Part shown: in pieces, positions 16,901-25,352 of the stretch
Position numbering within the stretch: the stretch's first letter is position 1
How the letters are laid out: the number at the start of each line of letters is the position of its first letter
Source of the DNA: a virus
Virus record (IMG/VR): IMGVR_UViG_3300027902_000155
Span: 25,553 to 89,552 of that record
Reading direction: 5' to 3' (one strand)
DNA length: 64,000 bases
Translations under genes and position numbers: made by a program
Notes under the pieces: generated by a model
Told to the model about the DNA's origin: nothing
Seen by the model: the letters and a program-made list of their open reading frames with translations, nothing else
The model's database searches: none

Positions 16901-17207
16901 GGAAGCCAGACTTCTTTGGCCTGTTGTTGACGCCGCCATCTTTCGGGGGCTTCGGTGGGGCCTTTGGTGTCTTTTTGGTTGGTTCTTCAGATGTTTGTCG
17001 TGAAACATCTTCTTCGGGGGTCGCTTCATTCTCGACCTCGTCTTCCCAGCGCAGACCGAGACGCTTCATCTCGGCGTCTACGTTTCTCTTGCTGGCACCG
17101 AAGTACTGCTCGGCGATGGCATAGACGTCGGCTCGCGGTACCTTCTCCTTGATGAGTTTCTGAAGGAACTGCGCGTTTAGACTAGTCCATGCCTCATATC
17201 TGGCCAT
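13947..17207 (-). CDS. tape-measure-like protein with M15 peptidase and lysozyme-like domains
   Basis: Gly/Ala-rich GAAIG/GAFVGG helices; SQHAYGNAID...WGGDF...DQGHLEY (M15); SQIESGS...NYGRYQF (lysozyme-like); follows tail chaperone-like genes. Confidence 0.7.
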   Translation of the reverse strand: MARYEAWTSLNAQFLQKLIKEKVPRADVYAIAEQYFGASKRNVDAEMKRLGLRWEDEVENEATPEEDVSRQTSEEPTKKTPKAPPKPPKDGGVNNRPKKSGFLAAMGEFAVHSTLAAILPGARPFARGLRHPVRYAERLMLGALLPGARGLYDLGRDYTEKTKPAAAPAGAGIQPQQVDALRIKVGAIEDFTQRTAEGTEALVAGQEKEIQAVTELTEVIKNNKGSSSDGSNSLANDVIGTIAKAKVLKSAGGGIGAAAKAAAATGGRVAGARAAARLAARSGRVIGGAALGGVIEGLLEYWETGDAKRAASVGVGAVAGGSGGAIAGAAIGGLGGPLAPITVPLGAFVGGVVGSMGGAAGGRAIYDYSGSDAALKRIQKHQKAQEQKGSVFDRLTKPPGLYSPMSLRETDETRLAELTLEAREITFEADEVIFKGAGRATGSVGRAAFQSAALTSSGEDATALSAGAMSGTSSALGAVGSAGGASVLTRPGGLLASLDPNGGAGLGGVGGLGGSSAALNAGAQSPGGYNYMHGQHGGPGENLVPVMTAYGKITVNAASAEAFKGFFDDLAANGAPLRHLGSYAYRMKRGGGSGWSQHAYGNAIDMDDQVLLSPAMRRWVEENPERWRAILNRRGIVWGGDFGGRPGAGWDQGHLEYRGVHPALAASEGIYGKEVKKEAKQEKKKTADSKKPDDTEPESGPVPVPAQKPTQELATGGTRRRRRSYTKNDSITIVGERGPEVMRDPGKLTGRVVGLSGPEVISGGGDEYIERSLPSHVTNPSYNDDTSAGATSRGYGRVINPGTLGGIRMEEKPLVDSRGETLHPAYRKVMEQTGASVDEITALRRGVSQIESGSNKNVRGRNPLGDYKLQDRGNANYGRYQFNDEDARDIHTKIFGRTGRAPTRTDFIKDPQLQEEYYAGYLLLKDRELRANKSAGKLYKDADTGKKLEALAVAQLGSGTAARYLKRGDAFTLDKNLPTSEFTGAVRSQLAEAKQLTDTPRESNATRIAEQGRLKYESGKRLAEESADLAMKDTQTAVVTPSIHIIEREQRVTKTVKEKEPVELKSATSDELQNSAMSGALAAMAF

Positions 17208-17674
17208 TAGTGATCGTCGCCGTTCTTAGTGATGCCGTCGATGATGGCCCGCTTCTCTTGGCCGCGAGACCAGCTGGTGATGCCGAGGATAGCGCCGAAG
17301 GCGAGGTGGATGAGTCCCCCGCCCTGTAGCGTGATCGGGACCCAGGGGGTATAGGCGACGATGTGGAGCGCCGCAGTGAGCCAAGAACCGATCGGGAATA
17401 TGATGAAGTCGCAAGCGCAGATCGCGGCGTACAGCCAGCCCATCGTCGGACGCCAGTGCGCCTTGAACCAGTGTTCGTCTTCAAGGGTAAAGTCGCGTAG
17501 CTGCTGCTGCTTTTGCGCATCTAGGTGCAGTCGTTCTACGGCGAGCGTCTCAGTAAAGACTTGTTTGCGAGTGTCTAATGCGTCAGCAACAGCACTCTGA
17601 ACAGGTACCGGTTGAGTATTGGCGCTTACAGGTGCGTCATCGATCTTGCCCATGAGAGGTTCCCTCGTACTCAA
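17207..17674 (-). CDS. 3TM-type holin-like membrane protein
   Basis: WFKAHWRPTMGWLY...DFIIFP...WVPITLQGGGLIHLAFGAILGITSWSRGQEK. Confidence 0.75.
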   Translation of the reverse strand: MSTREPLMGKIDDAPVSANTQPVPVQSAVADALDTRKQVFTETLAVERLHLDAQKQQQLRDFTLEDEHWFKAHWRPTMGWLYAAICACDFIIFPIGSWLTAALHIVAYTPWVPITLQGGGLIHLAFGAILGITSWSRGQEKRAIIDGITKNGDDH

Positions 17675-17678
17675 GTAT

Positions 17679-17867
17679 TTAGGGTCTGTTCTCTTGGGAT
17701 TCCCTGACCTTCTTCATGTGCTCGGCAAGGAGGTCTACATAGACGTCTCGCTCCCACGGCACCATGTCCTCGACCTCAGACAGCGACCACTTGTTGTGCT
17801 GAACGAGGGCGAATACGGTAGTCAGGTAGCCTCGAAGATCTCCGTAGCTCAGCGAAGCGCGAAAAAA
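17679..17867 (-). CDS. gp51: baseplate hub assembly catalyst (no canonical start; probably reached by -1 frameshift from gp26)
   Basis: frame reads LSYGDLRGYLTTVFALVQHNKWSLSEVEDMVPWERDVYVDLLAEHMKK, the gp51 motif; missing from ORF track. Confidence 0.8.
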   Translation of the reverse strand, partial: FFRASLSYGDLRGYLTTVFALVQHNKWSLSEVEDMVPWERDVYVDLLAEHMKKVRESQENRP

Positions 17868-18565
17868 TCTGATAGCGAGCTAAGGGTGATAGTCCTCTCG
17901 TGATCGAGCGAGTTCTTGTACTTCAAGACGTAGTGCATCTTGGGGGTCGCCTGTAGGAACGCCTGGATCTTGTTGAAGGCCTCGATGTCGAGCGACTCGA
18001 CGAACGTCGTGAGTTCTTCTTCGGTCTCGTTCTTGGTCTCAAAGACGGCATCGCCCTGCCATGCAGACACGATGCACTTCTTCACCAGCTCGAACAGCAT
18101 GGCTTCCTCAGAGAGCTGAGTGAACTCCTTGTCGCCGTAGATAGACGCCGGCGGATACTGCAGTACTATCCCTACGTCTGGTCCGAGGACTATCTTGTTT
18201 GACCCCGCCTTGTCGCCCGGCGCCTCAACCTTGACTTCGTCTAGGTTGATCTTGAAGCTGTACTGCTTCTCGTCTTCGGCGTCCTCGTAAGTGACGCTGA
18301 TCACGTTAGAGACGGATGCCGCGCGCAGCTTGAGGTAGAAGTACTCGAGGGCGAAGATCGGGAGCGTCTCTACGTCCAGGTCGTCGAGTGAACAGTTCGC
18401 CACGACCTGCTTAATGGCGAGCAAGATGTCAGAGAGCTCGTCTGACGCCTTAGCGATCATCAGCAGCTTTTCTTCCTTGACCGTGAACGGCCTGAACCTG
18501 CGGTCCTTTTGGTCTGCTGGATTCTTGATGGTGAGTATCGGCTTGTCGATCTTAGGGAATGCCAT
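17849..18565 (-). CDS. gp26: baseplate hub assembly protein
   Basis: FPKIDKP...FRPFTVKEEKLLMIA...EYFYLKLRAASV...LSDFF. Confidence 0.9.
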   Translation of the reverse strand: MAFPKIDKPILTIKNPADQKDRRFRPFTVKEEKLLMIAKASDELSDILLAIKQVVANCSLDDLDVETLPIFALEYFYLKLRAASVSNVISVTYEDAEDEKQYSFKINLDEVKVEAPGDKAGSNKIVLGPDVGIVLQYPPASIYGDKEFTQLSEEAMLFELVKKCIVSAWQGDAVFETKNETEEELTTFVESLDIEAFNKIQAFLQATPKMHYVLKYKNSLDHERTITLSSLSDFFALR

Positions 18566-18591
18566 GCTGTCTCCGTTTCATTCAGTTGTGT

Positions 18592-19302
18592 TTATACAGT
18601 AACTGCAGCGCCCTGCGTACTAAACGCGCCGAGTCTCTGTAAGACTGGCTGGTTTGCTGGAACGCCCGTGGGTTGCTGGACTGCGTCAGTAGCGTCGACG
18701 TTTACGAGTGACCAGTCGCGGAACGTGAAGCTGACTGTCAATTTCAGTAGCTGGTCGTGAGCGCCCCAAGACAGGGGAACGTCTGGCATCATGTTTGGAT
18801 AGGCCTGGTACATCATGATGGTCTGCACGATCGATCCGCGGGGGTCGAGGACGTCGACCTTTATCGTCGACTGATACTCTGCTCTATACTCGAGTTCGTT
18901 GCTTGCGCGGCGCGGCGCGGCGCCTGGAGTAGCATGTTCGTCGCCGTAGGCAAAGATAGAGTTGATCCATGAGTAAAAGAATGCCCAGACGAAGCCGTCT
19001 GAGTCGGGGATGAAGGAGATAGAGTTATCTGAGAACACCACGTTGAACGGCGTCTTCTGGATCGGGCCGATGCCGTAGCGCTGGACGTCAGACGTCGCGA
19101 TCAAGACGCCTGGAGCTCTGACGCTGTCGGCGCGGTAGTTAAAGATCTCTTCAGCACCCATCTGATACTGGTTGCCGCTCAGTGCAGTTATCGTCTTGCC
19201 TCGGAGGATAGGCGGAGGCACGATCGTCACAAAGAAGTCGTGTGGCTTTAGGTAGCCACCGTCTGATAAGTTCGCCCTAAATTCTTCGACGTCGAAGGCC
19301 AT
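18592..19302 (-). CDS. gp54: baseplate tail-tube initiator (tail-tube fold)
   Basis: start MAFDVEEFRANL; YGIGP..KTPF, AYP......LSW.....LKLTVSFTFRDW tube-fold motifs. Confidence 0.7.
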   Translation of the reverse strand: MAFDVEEFRANLSDGGYLKPHDFFVTIVPPPILRGKTITALSGNQYQMGAEEIFNYRADSVRAPGVLIATSDVQRYGIGPIQKTPFNVVFSDNSISFIPDSDGFVWAFFYSWINSIFAYGDEHATPGAAPRRASNELEYRAEYQSTIKVDVLDPRGSIVQTIMMYQAYPNMMPDVPLSWGAHDQLLKLTVSFTFRDWSLVNVDATDAVQQPTGVPANQPVLQRLGAFSTQGAAVTV

Positions 19303-19901
19303 CAGCCTACTGCCCTTACTGAGTCTTTCCAGACCTGCTCTGCCGACGCCTTCTCGAAGCGCTGCAGCGGCAGCAGCAGTGCCTTGTCCCAATCCGGCGG
19401 AGAGATCATCTTTATCTCAGACATGACGTGGCCCGCCAGGTACTCCTTGACGCACGGCTTGAAGTACCTGCTCTTCGCCGAGCGCTTCAGGATCTGGTAC
19501 GAGATATTTAGGCGCGTCTTGTCAGTGATGTTCTCTGTAGTCGCGAGGTTATAGAGGGACGACATCAGGGCCGCGCGGTAGGGCACAGGAAGGTAGTGGA
19601 GATTGATTCCGAGCCATCCGTCGGCGCGCATGTCGGTGATGAACACCATGGGGAACCGGTCGTAGTACGGCAGCGTCTTCTTGAGTTTGGGGTCGTAGAA
19701 GTAGCAGCAGAGGGCGCCGATCACGTCTGTCGTTATGCTGCTGAGGGCGACCGTGTCCTCCGAGGCGAGCAGTCTGTTGGGGGTGACGCCGGTCATGCCC
19801 TGGGCGGTAGCGTAGTACCATGCTCGAGCATCCTTCACCAGGGCGGTGTTGATTCCCGCCTTCTGTGCCTGCTTTGCCATATTTTGGAAGATGTAAGCCA
19901 T
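19302..19901 (-). CDS. gp2: DNA end protector protein
   Basis: YDPKLKKTLPYYDRFP, GINLHYLP, FKPCVKEYL..HV, WDKALLLP. Confidence 0.9.
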   Translation of the reverse strand: MAYIFQNMAKQAQKAGINTALVKDARAWYYATAQGMTGVTPNRLLASEDTVALSSITTDVIGALCCYFYDPKLKKTLPYYDRFPMVFITDMRADGWLGINLHYLPVPYRAALMSSLYNLATTENITDKTRLNISYQILKRSAKSRYFKPCVKEYLAGHVMSEIKMISPPDWDKALLLPLQRFEKASAEQVWKDSVRAVG

Positions 19902-19907
19902 TCGACT

Positions 19908-19915
19908 TATTTATC
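19908..19915 (-). promoter_or_regulatory. T4-type late promoter
   Basis: GATAAATA on minus strand 6 nt before gp2 ATG. Confidence 0.7.
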
Positions 19916-19917
19916 GG

Positions 19918-20346
19918 TCAAAAAGTAACTCCGAGTTCGTGCTCAGTGATCACCTGAAAGTGCCATGCCCGCTGCTTACAGTAGGCCCGCGCGGCGCGAA
20001 ACTTAGCGTCGTTCACGCCGTAGGTCATCACCTCTGACAGGAACTTACGCTTGCTCTTGCCCTTCGGACTCGGCGGTACGGTCTCCTTCATGGGCTTGAT
20101 CTCGACGATCGACTGAGACCCGTCTTGCATCTTGATGTGGAAGTCGGGAAAGTACCGGTGCACGCGCCCGTCCTTGGGCGAGACGTAGGGTATCTGTATC
20201 TCCTCAGACGACCACTGGACTACCTCGGGATTGCCGTCTAGACGTATCATCGACTGCAGTTCCCACGACGAGCGGTACCAGATGTTGGTCGGGTCGCCCC
20301 TGTACTTCTGGGGATTCTTGGGCTTGAACTGTCCCTTCCAGGCCAT
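19918..20346 (-). CDS. gp4: head completion protein (TnsA-like nuclease fold)
   Basis: FKPKNPQKYRGD...YRSSWE...WSSEE..IPY.SP.DGRVHRYFPDF...EIKP. Confidence 0.93.
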   Translation of the reverse strand: MAWKGQFKPKNPQKYRGDPTNIWYRSSWELQSMIRLDGNPEVVQWSSEEIQIPYVSPKDGRVHRYFPDFHIKMQDGSQSIVEIKPMKETVPPSPKGKSKRKFLSEVMTYGVNDAKFRAARAYCKQRAWHFQVITEHELGVTF

Positions 20347-20366
20347 CGTTCACCTTCTGGTTACAC

Positions 20367-20393
20367 GATAAATAAGATCGCGTAGTATTTATT
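20367..20393. promoter_or_regulatory. pair of oppositely oriented late promoters in the gp4/gp48 intergenic region
   Basis: GATAAATA on plus at 20367 and TATTTATT (AATAAATA on minus) at about 20386-20393. Confidence 0.7.
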
Positions 20394-20404
20394 AAGGAAA
20401 TCTA

Positions 20405-21430
20405 ATGGGCACTGTATGGGTAGACGGGTTGCCGGTAGAATCTAATGGCAGTCAGACTCAAGCTGATGCAGAATCAGCTGCAGCAGGAATGGGCTTTGGA
20501 ACTGCTGCTGGCGCAATAGCAGCTGGAGCTAGTGACCTAATCGGTATTTCCTCAACTTCCTCGACGTCTCAACCGAAGACCCCGGGACCGGCGAAAGATG
20601 CCACGTGGGCCGGCGGCCCTGGAGACATGACATTTCCAGTCGACCTGGATCAGTTCAAGTACTACATCTCTTTTGACTTTCGCGAGTTCGAACGACGTAG
20701 TCTCGGCGATCGTATATTCTATCCTGCGCGAGGCAACGTACGACTGCCGATACCGGCAAACCTCATCGACAACCAGAGCGTCGAGTGGGGAGTAGAAGCA
20801 GCAGGTCCGCTCGTTGGTACTGTAGTCGACATGCAGTACAAGACGAGGTCTCAGTTTAACCTCGAAGGCGTCACTGACGCCGTAAATAACATACTATCAT
20901 TACAGACCGGAAAGGCGGTCGCCGCGCAGATAGCCCAGACCGTTGGCGGGAGAAATACTGCTCTATATACCGGAATATGGGGACTAACGATCAATCCGTT
21001 CATGACCGTACTCTTTCAATCGCCGACGTTCAAGAAGCACTCCTTTCAGTGGCGGCTGTCGCCACAGAACGATACTGAGAGCGACATCGTGAGGAACATC
21101 GTCGCTAAGTTTAGGTACAACATGCTGCCCGAGCCGGCTAACGTCGGGGGCTCCGGCGGACTCGTCCTCAAGTATCCAAACATGTGCTACGTGACCCTGT
21201 ATCCCGCAGATCAGTACCTATACCACTTTAAGCCGTGCGTAGTAGAGAGCATCCAGGTAAACTTTGCTCCTCAGGGTCCGGCTTTCTATAAGACGACATC
21301 TGCGCCTGGCGAGGTCATCCTGTCCGTCAATCTTCTAGAGATCGAGTACTGGATGAAGGAGGACGTAGACAAGACGTGGAATAAGTCATCTGGCGGCGGG
21401 CCTTCGCCGGTCATCAGCACGAGGGGATAA
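20405..21430 (+). CDS. gp48: baseplate tail-tube cap
   Basis: LPIPANLID, INPFMTVLFQSPTFKKHSFQWRLSPQN, LKYP, FKPCV. Confidence 0.85.
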   Translation: MGTVWVDGLPVESNGSQTQADAESAAAGMGFGTAAGAIAAGASDLIGISSTSSTSQPKTPGPAKDATWAGGPGDMTFPVDLDQFKYYISFDFREFERRSLGDRIFYPARGNVRLPIPANLIDNQSVEWGVEAAGPLVGTVVDMQYKTRSQFNLEGVTDAVNNILSLQTGKAVAAQIAQTVGGRNTALYTGIWGLTINPFMTVLFQSPTFKKHSFQWRLSPQNDTESDIVRNIVAKFRYNMLPEPANVGGSGGLVLKYPNMCYVTLYPADQYLYHFKPCVVESIQVNFAPQGPAFYKTTSAPGEVILSVNLLEIEYWMKEDVDKTWNKSSGGGPSPVISTRG

Positions 21431-22305
21431 TGGAGCGCTTCTTTAGAAAGTTTCCGATCATAAACTATGACGGCTATGCTGCGCTCAATATCACCGAGCG
21501 CGCCGCGATGCTCAACTCTGTCCTCAAGAACCCCTACGTCTTCTATCAGTACGACGTGACCGACGGAGAGCGCGCGGATCACCTCGCCGATCGGTACTAC
21601 AAAGACCAGTATATGACGTGGCTGATATACATGGCGAACAAGGTCGTTGACCCGTACTACGAGTGGTACATGGGGCCCGAGGACTTCTCGGCCTACATCA
21701 GATCTAAGTACGGCTCGTCAGAACAAGCGCAGCAGCTCGTCGCGTTCTATCGCAACGCCTGGTACGAAGACGAGACGAGGATCACGCCGGCGCGATACGC
21801 CGCACTCACCGCGGGCGAGCGCAAGTACTGGGAGCCGGTGTACGGCGCCAGTAACTCGATCATGGGCTACAAGCGCAAGTCGCTAGACTGGGTAGTCGAT
21901 ACTAACCAGCTAGTGCGATATACTGCAGACGGAACAGACTTCGTCGATAACGAGATAGTCGACGTGCTGCTCGCAGACGACTATCCGGGACGCGGCCAGG
22001 TCGCTCACGCTAACTCTACGACCGTCACGATCAAGCACACGGCAGGCACCGTCCTAGCGAATGACGTCGTCGTCGTCACAGGCAGCAGCACGATCACGGG
22101 CACGACCTCGAACGCCGTATCCGTAGTTACGGTCTCTACTCCCCTCGCTAATAACATTCCCGCCGACGAGGCTGCTTACTGGTCGCCAGTCACGGCGTAC
22201 GACGTCGAGAACGAGAAGAACGTCGCGAACCGTAGCATCAGGGTACTCGACAAGCAGTTCGCCTCACAGACGGCGCGAGGACTCACAGATATACTCAAGC
22301 AATGA
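21430..22305 (+). CDS. gp53: baseplate wedge subunit
   Basis: FFRKFPIINY, YDVTDGERADHLADRYY, WLIYMAN..VDPYYEW, YDVENEKN...RSIRVL. Confidence 0.9.
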   Translation: MERFFRKFPIINYDGYAALNITERAAMLNSVLKNPYVFYQYDVTDGERADHLADRYYKDQYMTWLIYMANKVVDPYYEWYMGPEDFSAYIRSKYGSSEQAQQLVAFYRNAWYEDETRITPARYAALTAGERKYWEPVYGASNSIMGYKRKSLDWVVDTNQLVRYTADGTDFVDNEIVDVLLADDYPGRGQVAHANSTTVTIKHTAGTVLANDVVVVTGSSTITGTTSNAVSVVTVSTPLANNIPADEAAYWSPVTAYDVENEKNVANRSIRVLDKQFASQTARGLTDILKQ

Positions 22306-23501
22306 CTACTATAACTTATCCAGGTGAGGTGGTGATCGATGCCCTGGTGCTCGCTGGGATCAGAGGCGGCATGTGGGACATGTCGCTCGCCCTGATCAAC
22401 GCGACGATCTTTGAGAGCATCTTCAAGCCCGGCATATATGCCGAGTTCAAGGTACTCGACGTCGATGACGCCCTCGGCGACCTCCAGCTCACTGGCGGAG
22501 AGCGGGTCGTCTTTATGTTTAGGACGGCCGACGAGTCCGCGGCCTCGTACGTGTTCGCGATCAACAGTGTGACCCTGACTCAGAGCAAAGAAGCGAACAT
22601 GCAGAAGTCTAGGACGTACACGATCGAGTGCATCTCTGTAGAGGTACAGCAGTCTCGCCAGGGTCCGATCCAGAAGAAGTGGACGGCACAGATCTCGACG
22701 GCCATCTCTGATATATTCAAGAACTTCCTCGGCAGCAGCAAGTCACTCGAGGTATCGCAGACGAAGGGCGTCCAGGAGCTGAGGATTAGCAACAAGAAGC
22801 CGCTCACCTCGATCGACGAGCTCAGGCGCCGGGCTACCGGCTTCATGGGCAACACGTTCTTGTTCTGGGAGAACCGAGACGGCTATCACTTCAAACCACT
22901 CGAAGAGATGCTGGCGGGCGACGCCGTGAAGAGTCTCAAGCAGTCTGGCACGGTCGGGGGAGGCGGAGGAGGAGGAAGTACTCAGTCAAAGGAGCTCGAC
23001 GAACAGATCCTTCACTACACAATCATCGCCAAGTTGAACGTCGAGGCCGCCGTCAAGTCTGGCGCGCTCAGCACTGAAGTCATCACCTTCAACCAGCGCA
23101 CGCGCGAGAAGGCAAGAAAGATCATAACGCCCACTATGTCGTCCATCAGTCCTGTCTTGGGCGCGCTCATGACTCTGTTTCCTAAGGTCGGCAGGTCGAT
23201 ATCTATTCCGATCACTTCGCTGTTCCCGATAACGGGCATTCCATCCGCCACGCCGGAACAGGCAGCTACCGCTAGCGGACTGCTGCAGCTGATCGTGCTC
23301 GTACAGACGTTCGGAGACACGGTATTTCAGGCCGGTAAGAACGTAGACCTGACTATTCCGCGGCCCGTAGCGATAACTACTGATCCTGGACAAGACCAGA
23401 TAGTCAACGGCAAGTTTCTGATAACGAAGGTGAGACACGAGATCGCGGCCCAGGGCTTCCAACCGAGGTACCAGTGCGTCCTCGAGTGCGCGCAGGGGTA
23501 G
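22302..23501 (+). CDS. baseplate hub protein (gp27-like)
   Basis: IFESIF, FLFWENRDGYHFKPLEEM, GKFLITKVRH; position between gp53 and gp5. Confidence 0.65.
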   Translation: MTTITYPGEVVIDALVLAGIRGGMWDMSLALINATIFESIFKPGIYAEFKVLDVDDALGDLQLTGGERVVFMFRTADESAASYVFAINSVTLTQSKEANMQKSRTYTIECISVEVQQSRQGPIQKKWTAQISTAISDIFKNFLGSSKSLEVSQTKGVQELRISNKKPLTSIDELRRRATGFMGNTFLFWENRDGYHFKPLEEMLAGDAVKSLKQSGTVGGGGGGGSTQSKELDEQILHYTIIAKLNVEAAVKSGALSTEVITFNQRTREKARKIITPTMSSISPVLGALMTLFPKVGRSISIPITSLFPITGIPSATPEQAATASGLLQLIVLVQTFGDTVFQAGKNVDLTIPRPVAITTDPGQDQIVNGKFLITKVRHEIAAQGFQPRYQCVLECAQG

Positions 23502-23504
23502 CAC

Positions 23505-23993
23505 ATGGCAGGAAAAGACAACCTAGGATTTGGAACTAAGTTTGCATACGCAGAGGTAATAGACGTCAAAGACAAGGACCGCGCCGGATACTACAGACTC
23601 AGGGTACACGGAAAGCAGGAAGACCTACAAGACAAGGATCTTGCGTGGGGACGCATGATGACACACGGCGCTTCGCATCAGAAGATCGGTAAGAGTCCGA
23701 CGAGACTGATCAAGGGCAGTCACGTCATGTGCATGTATGAAGATCCTGGAGAGAACATGATAATTCTTGGTGCTGTAGATCGTTCAGGCACGTCGTCGGA
23801 CGGAGTGACCATCGACGGCAGACAGGTACTCTACCCTACTTTTAATTCTCTGCCGAACGTATGCTACGGTAATAACGAGGAGGTCGGAGAGAACGATCTC
23901 AACGCTCTCGGAAACGGAAGACCGCCAGACTCCTATGCTCAGACAGCAGACGTGCTGCTTGAACAGCCGTCCCCAAAGAAGGAGACCGCATAA
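23505..23993 (+). CDS. gp5 N-terminal OB-fold (stand-alone)
   Basis: AEVIDVKDKDRAGYYRLRVHG...DLAW...GSHVMC...IILG. Confidence 0.7.
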   Translation: MAGKDNLGFGTKFAYAEVIDVKDKDRAGYYRLRVHGKQEDLQDKDLAWGRMMTHGASHQKIGKSPTRLIKGSHVMCMYEDPGENMIILGAVDRSGTSSDGVTIDGRQVLYPTFNSLPNVCYGNNEEVGENDLNALGNGRPPDSYAQTADVLLEQPSPKKETA

Positions 23994-25351
23994 TGGTTAT
24001 GCCAGTAGACACACTCACTGGTGCTAAAGCGGCGGTATCTTTAGTAGAGAACCCCATACTCAAGCCGCCGGTCAATCAGCCAAAGCCCAAGGCGGTCGAC
24101 CTCCCCAAGAAGCACAAGAGCAAGGTAAAGAAGCACGATAAGAAGACCATAGGTAATCCTCCGAAGGGAGTCGACAAGAGCGACGTGCTGAGGATGATCC
24201 AGCAACTCGACGGCAACGCGTCGGGCATCTTTGCTAACGCTATCGACATGCTTACCAGGATCAAGGCGATAGACGGACTCACGAGTGCCGGCGGCATCGC
24301 CGGTATGGCGAGTAGCGCCCTCGGCCAGGCTATGGCTATGCTGTCGAGTTCGTCGAGTAGTTCTTCTTCGGCTTCCTCGGCCATGAATGATGCTCTAGGT
24401 TCGACGTCAGATGACAGTACGCTTCAGGACGCGATCGACGAGGCGAACCGCAGAATAGAAGTACTAACTGCTGTCGACGAGATAATCACCAAACTCAACG
24501 AGCGCGTCAATGCTATCGTAGTAGATCCAACGACTGCTGTAGACCAGCTAACAGTTATAGAGCTACTGCTTGACATATTGAACTCCTACGACCTCTCGAT
24601 CTGTTCACAGATTCAAGTGCTGGAGATATTCCAAGCATTCCGTGCACTGATCCTTACTATAGACTACAGCTTTTTAGCACTCCCGACCGCATTTCCGTTC
24701 AGTCAGATAGTCATCGGTGTTGACGTAGCACTAGATACGCTAGACTTCAGGGGCATGGACAGACCGACCCTGCGACTGTCGGGCGCACCGCTTACTGCTG
24801 CGATGCGTGTCAGCAAGATGGCAGTACTCGATCCGGCGCTGGTAGAGACGGCAGACCACCTCGACGCGCTACTTCTTGAAGAAGACACCTATGACGACAT
24901 GGAACAGTGCGTCAACGAGTCGATCAACGAGATCATCTCAGACCTGACGAGCGCGCTCCACAGTAAGAACTTCACGATCGAGGTGCTCAAGACGTTCCTT
25001 GCTCTGCTGCTGGAGTTGCTCAGAAAGAAGGGGCAGGACAAGGTATTTCCGGAGGGTGAACCGAGCGCGGGCAACGCCGCTAGCTTCATTCCGCAGGTCG
25101 GCAGCATGATACAGAACACGGTCAACCAGTTTCTTAAGCGCTCGATAAACGACACCCAGAAAGTAAGGCAGTCCCTCGATAAATTCGCAAAGAATCACGC
25201 GAAGCACGAAAAGAAGAGAAAGATCGTAAAGGAAAAACTCATCCCCCTGCCGAAGCCGAGACCGGCGGAGCCCGATGACGTGTCGTCGCAGACTATTCCA
25301 GAACTTCCTGGGGGCACAACTAATCCGATTTTCAGTCCACCGTTGGGATAG
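23993..25351 (+). CDS. hypothetical baseplate-region protein
   Basis: 452 aa, coupled to neighbours; helical, Ser-run; no family recognised. Confidence 0.6.
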   Translation: MVMPVDTLTGAKAAVSLVENPILKPPVNQPKPKAVDLPKKHKSKVKKHDKKTIGNPPKGVDKSDVLRMIQQLDGNASGIFANAIDMLTRIKAIDGLTSAGGIAGMASSALGQAMAMLSSSSSSSSSASSAMNDALGSTSDDSTLQDAIDEANRRIEVLTAVDEIITKLNERVNAIVVDPTTAVDQLTVIELLLDILNSYDLSICSQIQVLEIFQAFRALILTIDYSFLALPTAFPFSQIVIGVDVALDTLDFRGMDRPTLRLSGAPLTAAMRVSKMAVLDPALVETADHLDALLLEEDTYDDMEQCVNESINEIISDLTSALHSKNFTIEVLKTFLALLLELLRKKGQDKVFPEGEPSAGNAASFIPQVGSMIQNTVNQFLKRSINDTQKVRQSLDKFAKNHAKHEKKRKIVKEKLIPLPKPRPAEPDDVSSQTIPELPGGTTNPIFSPPLG

Positions 25352-25352
25352 C

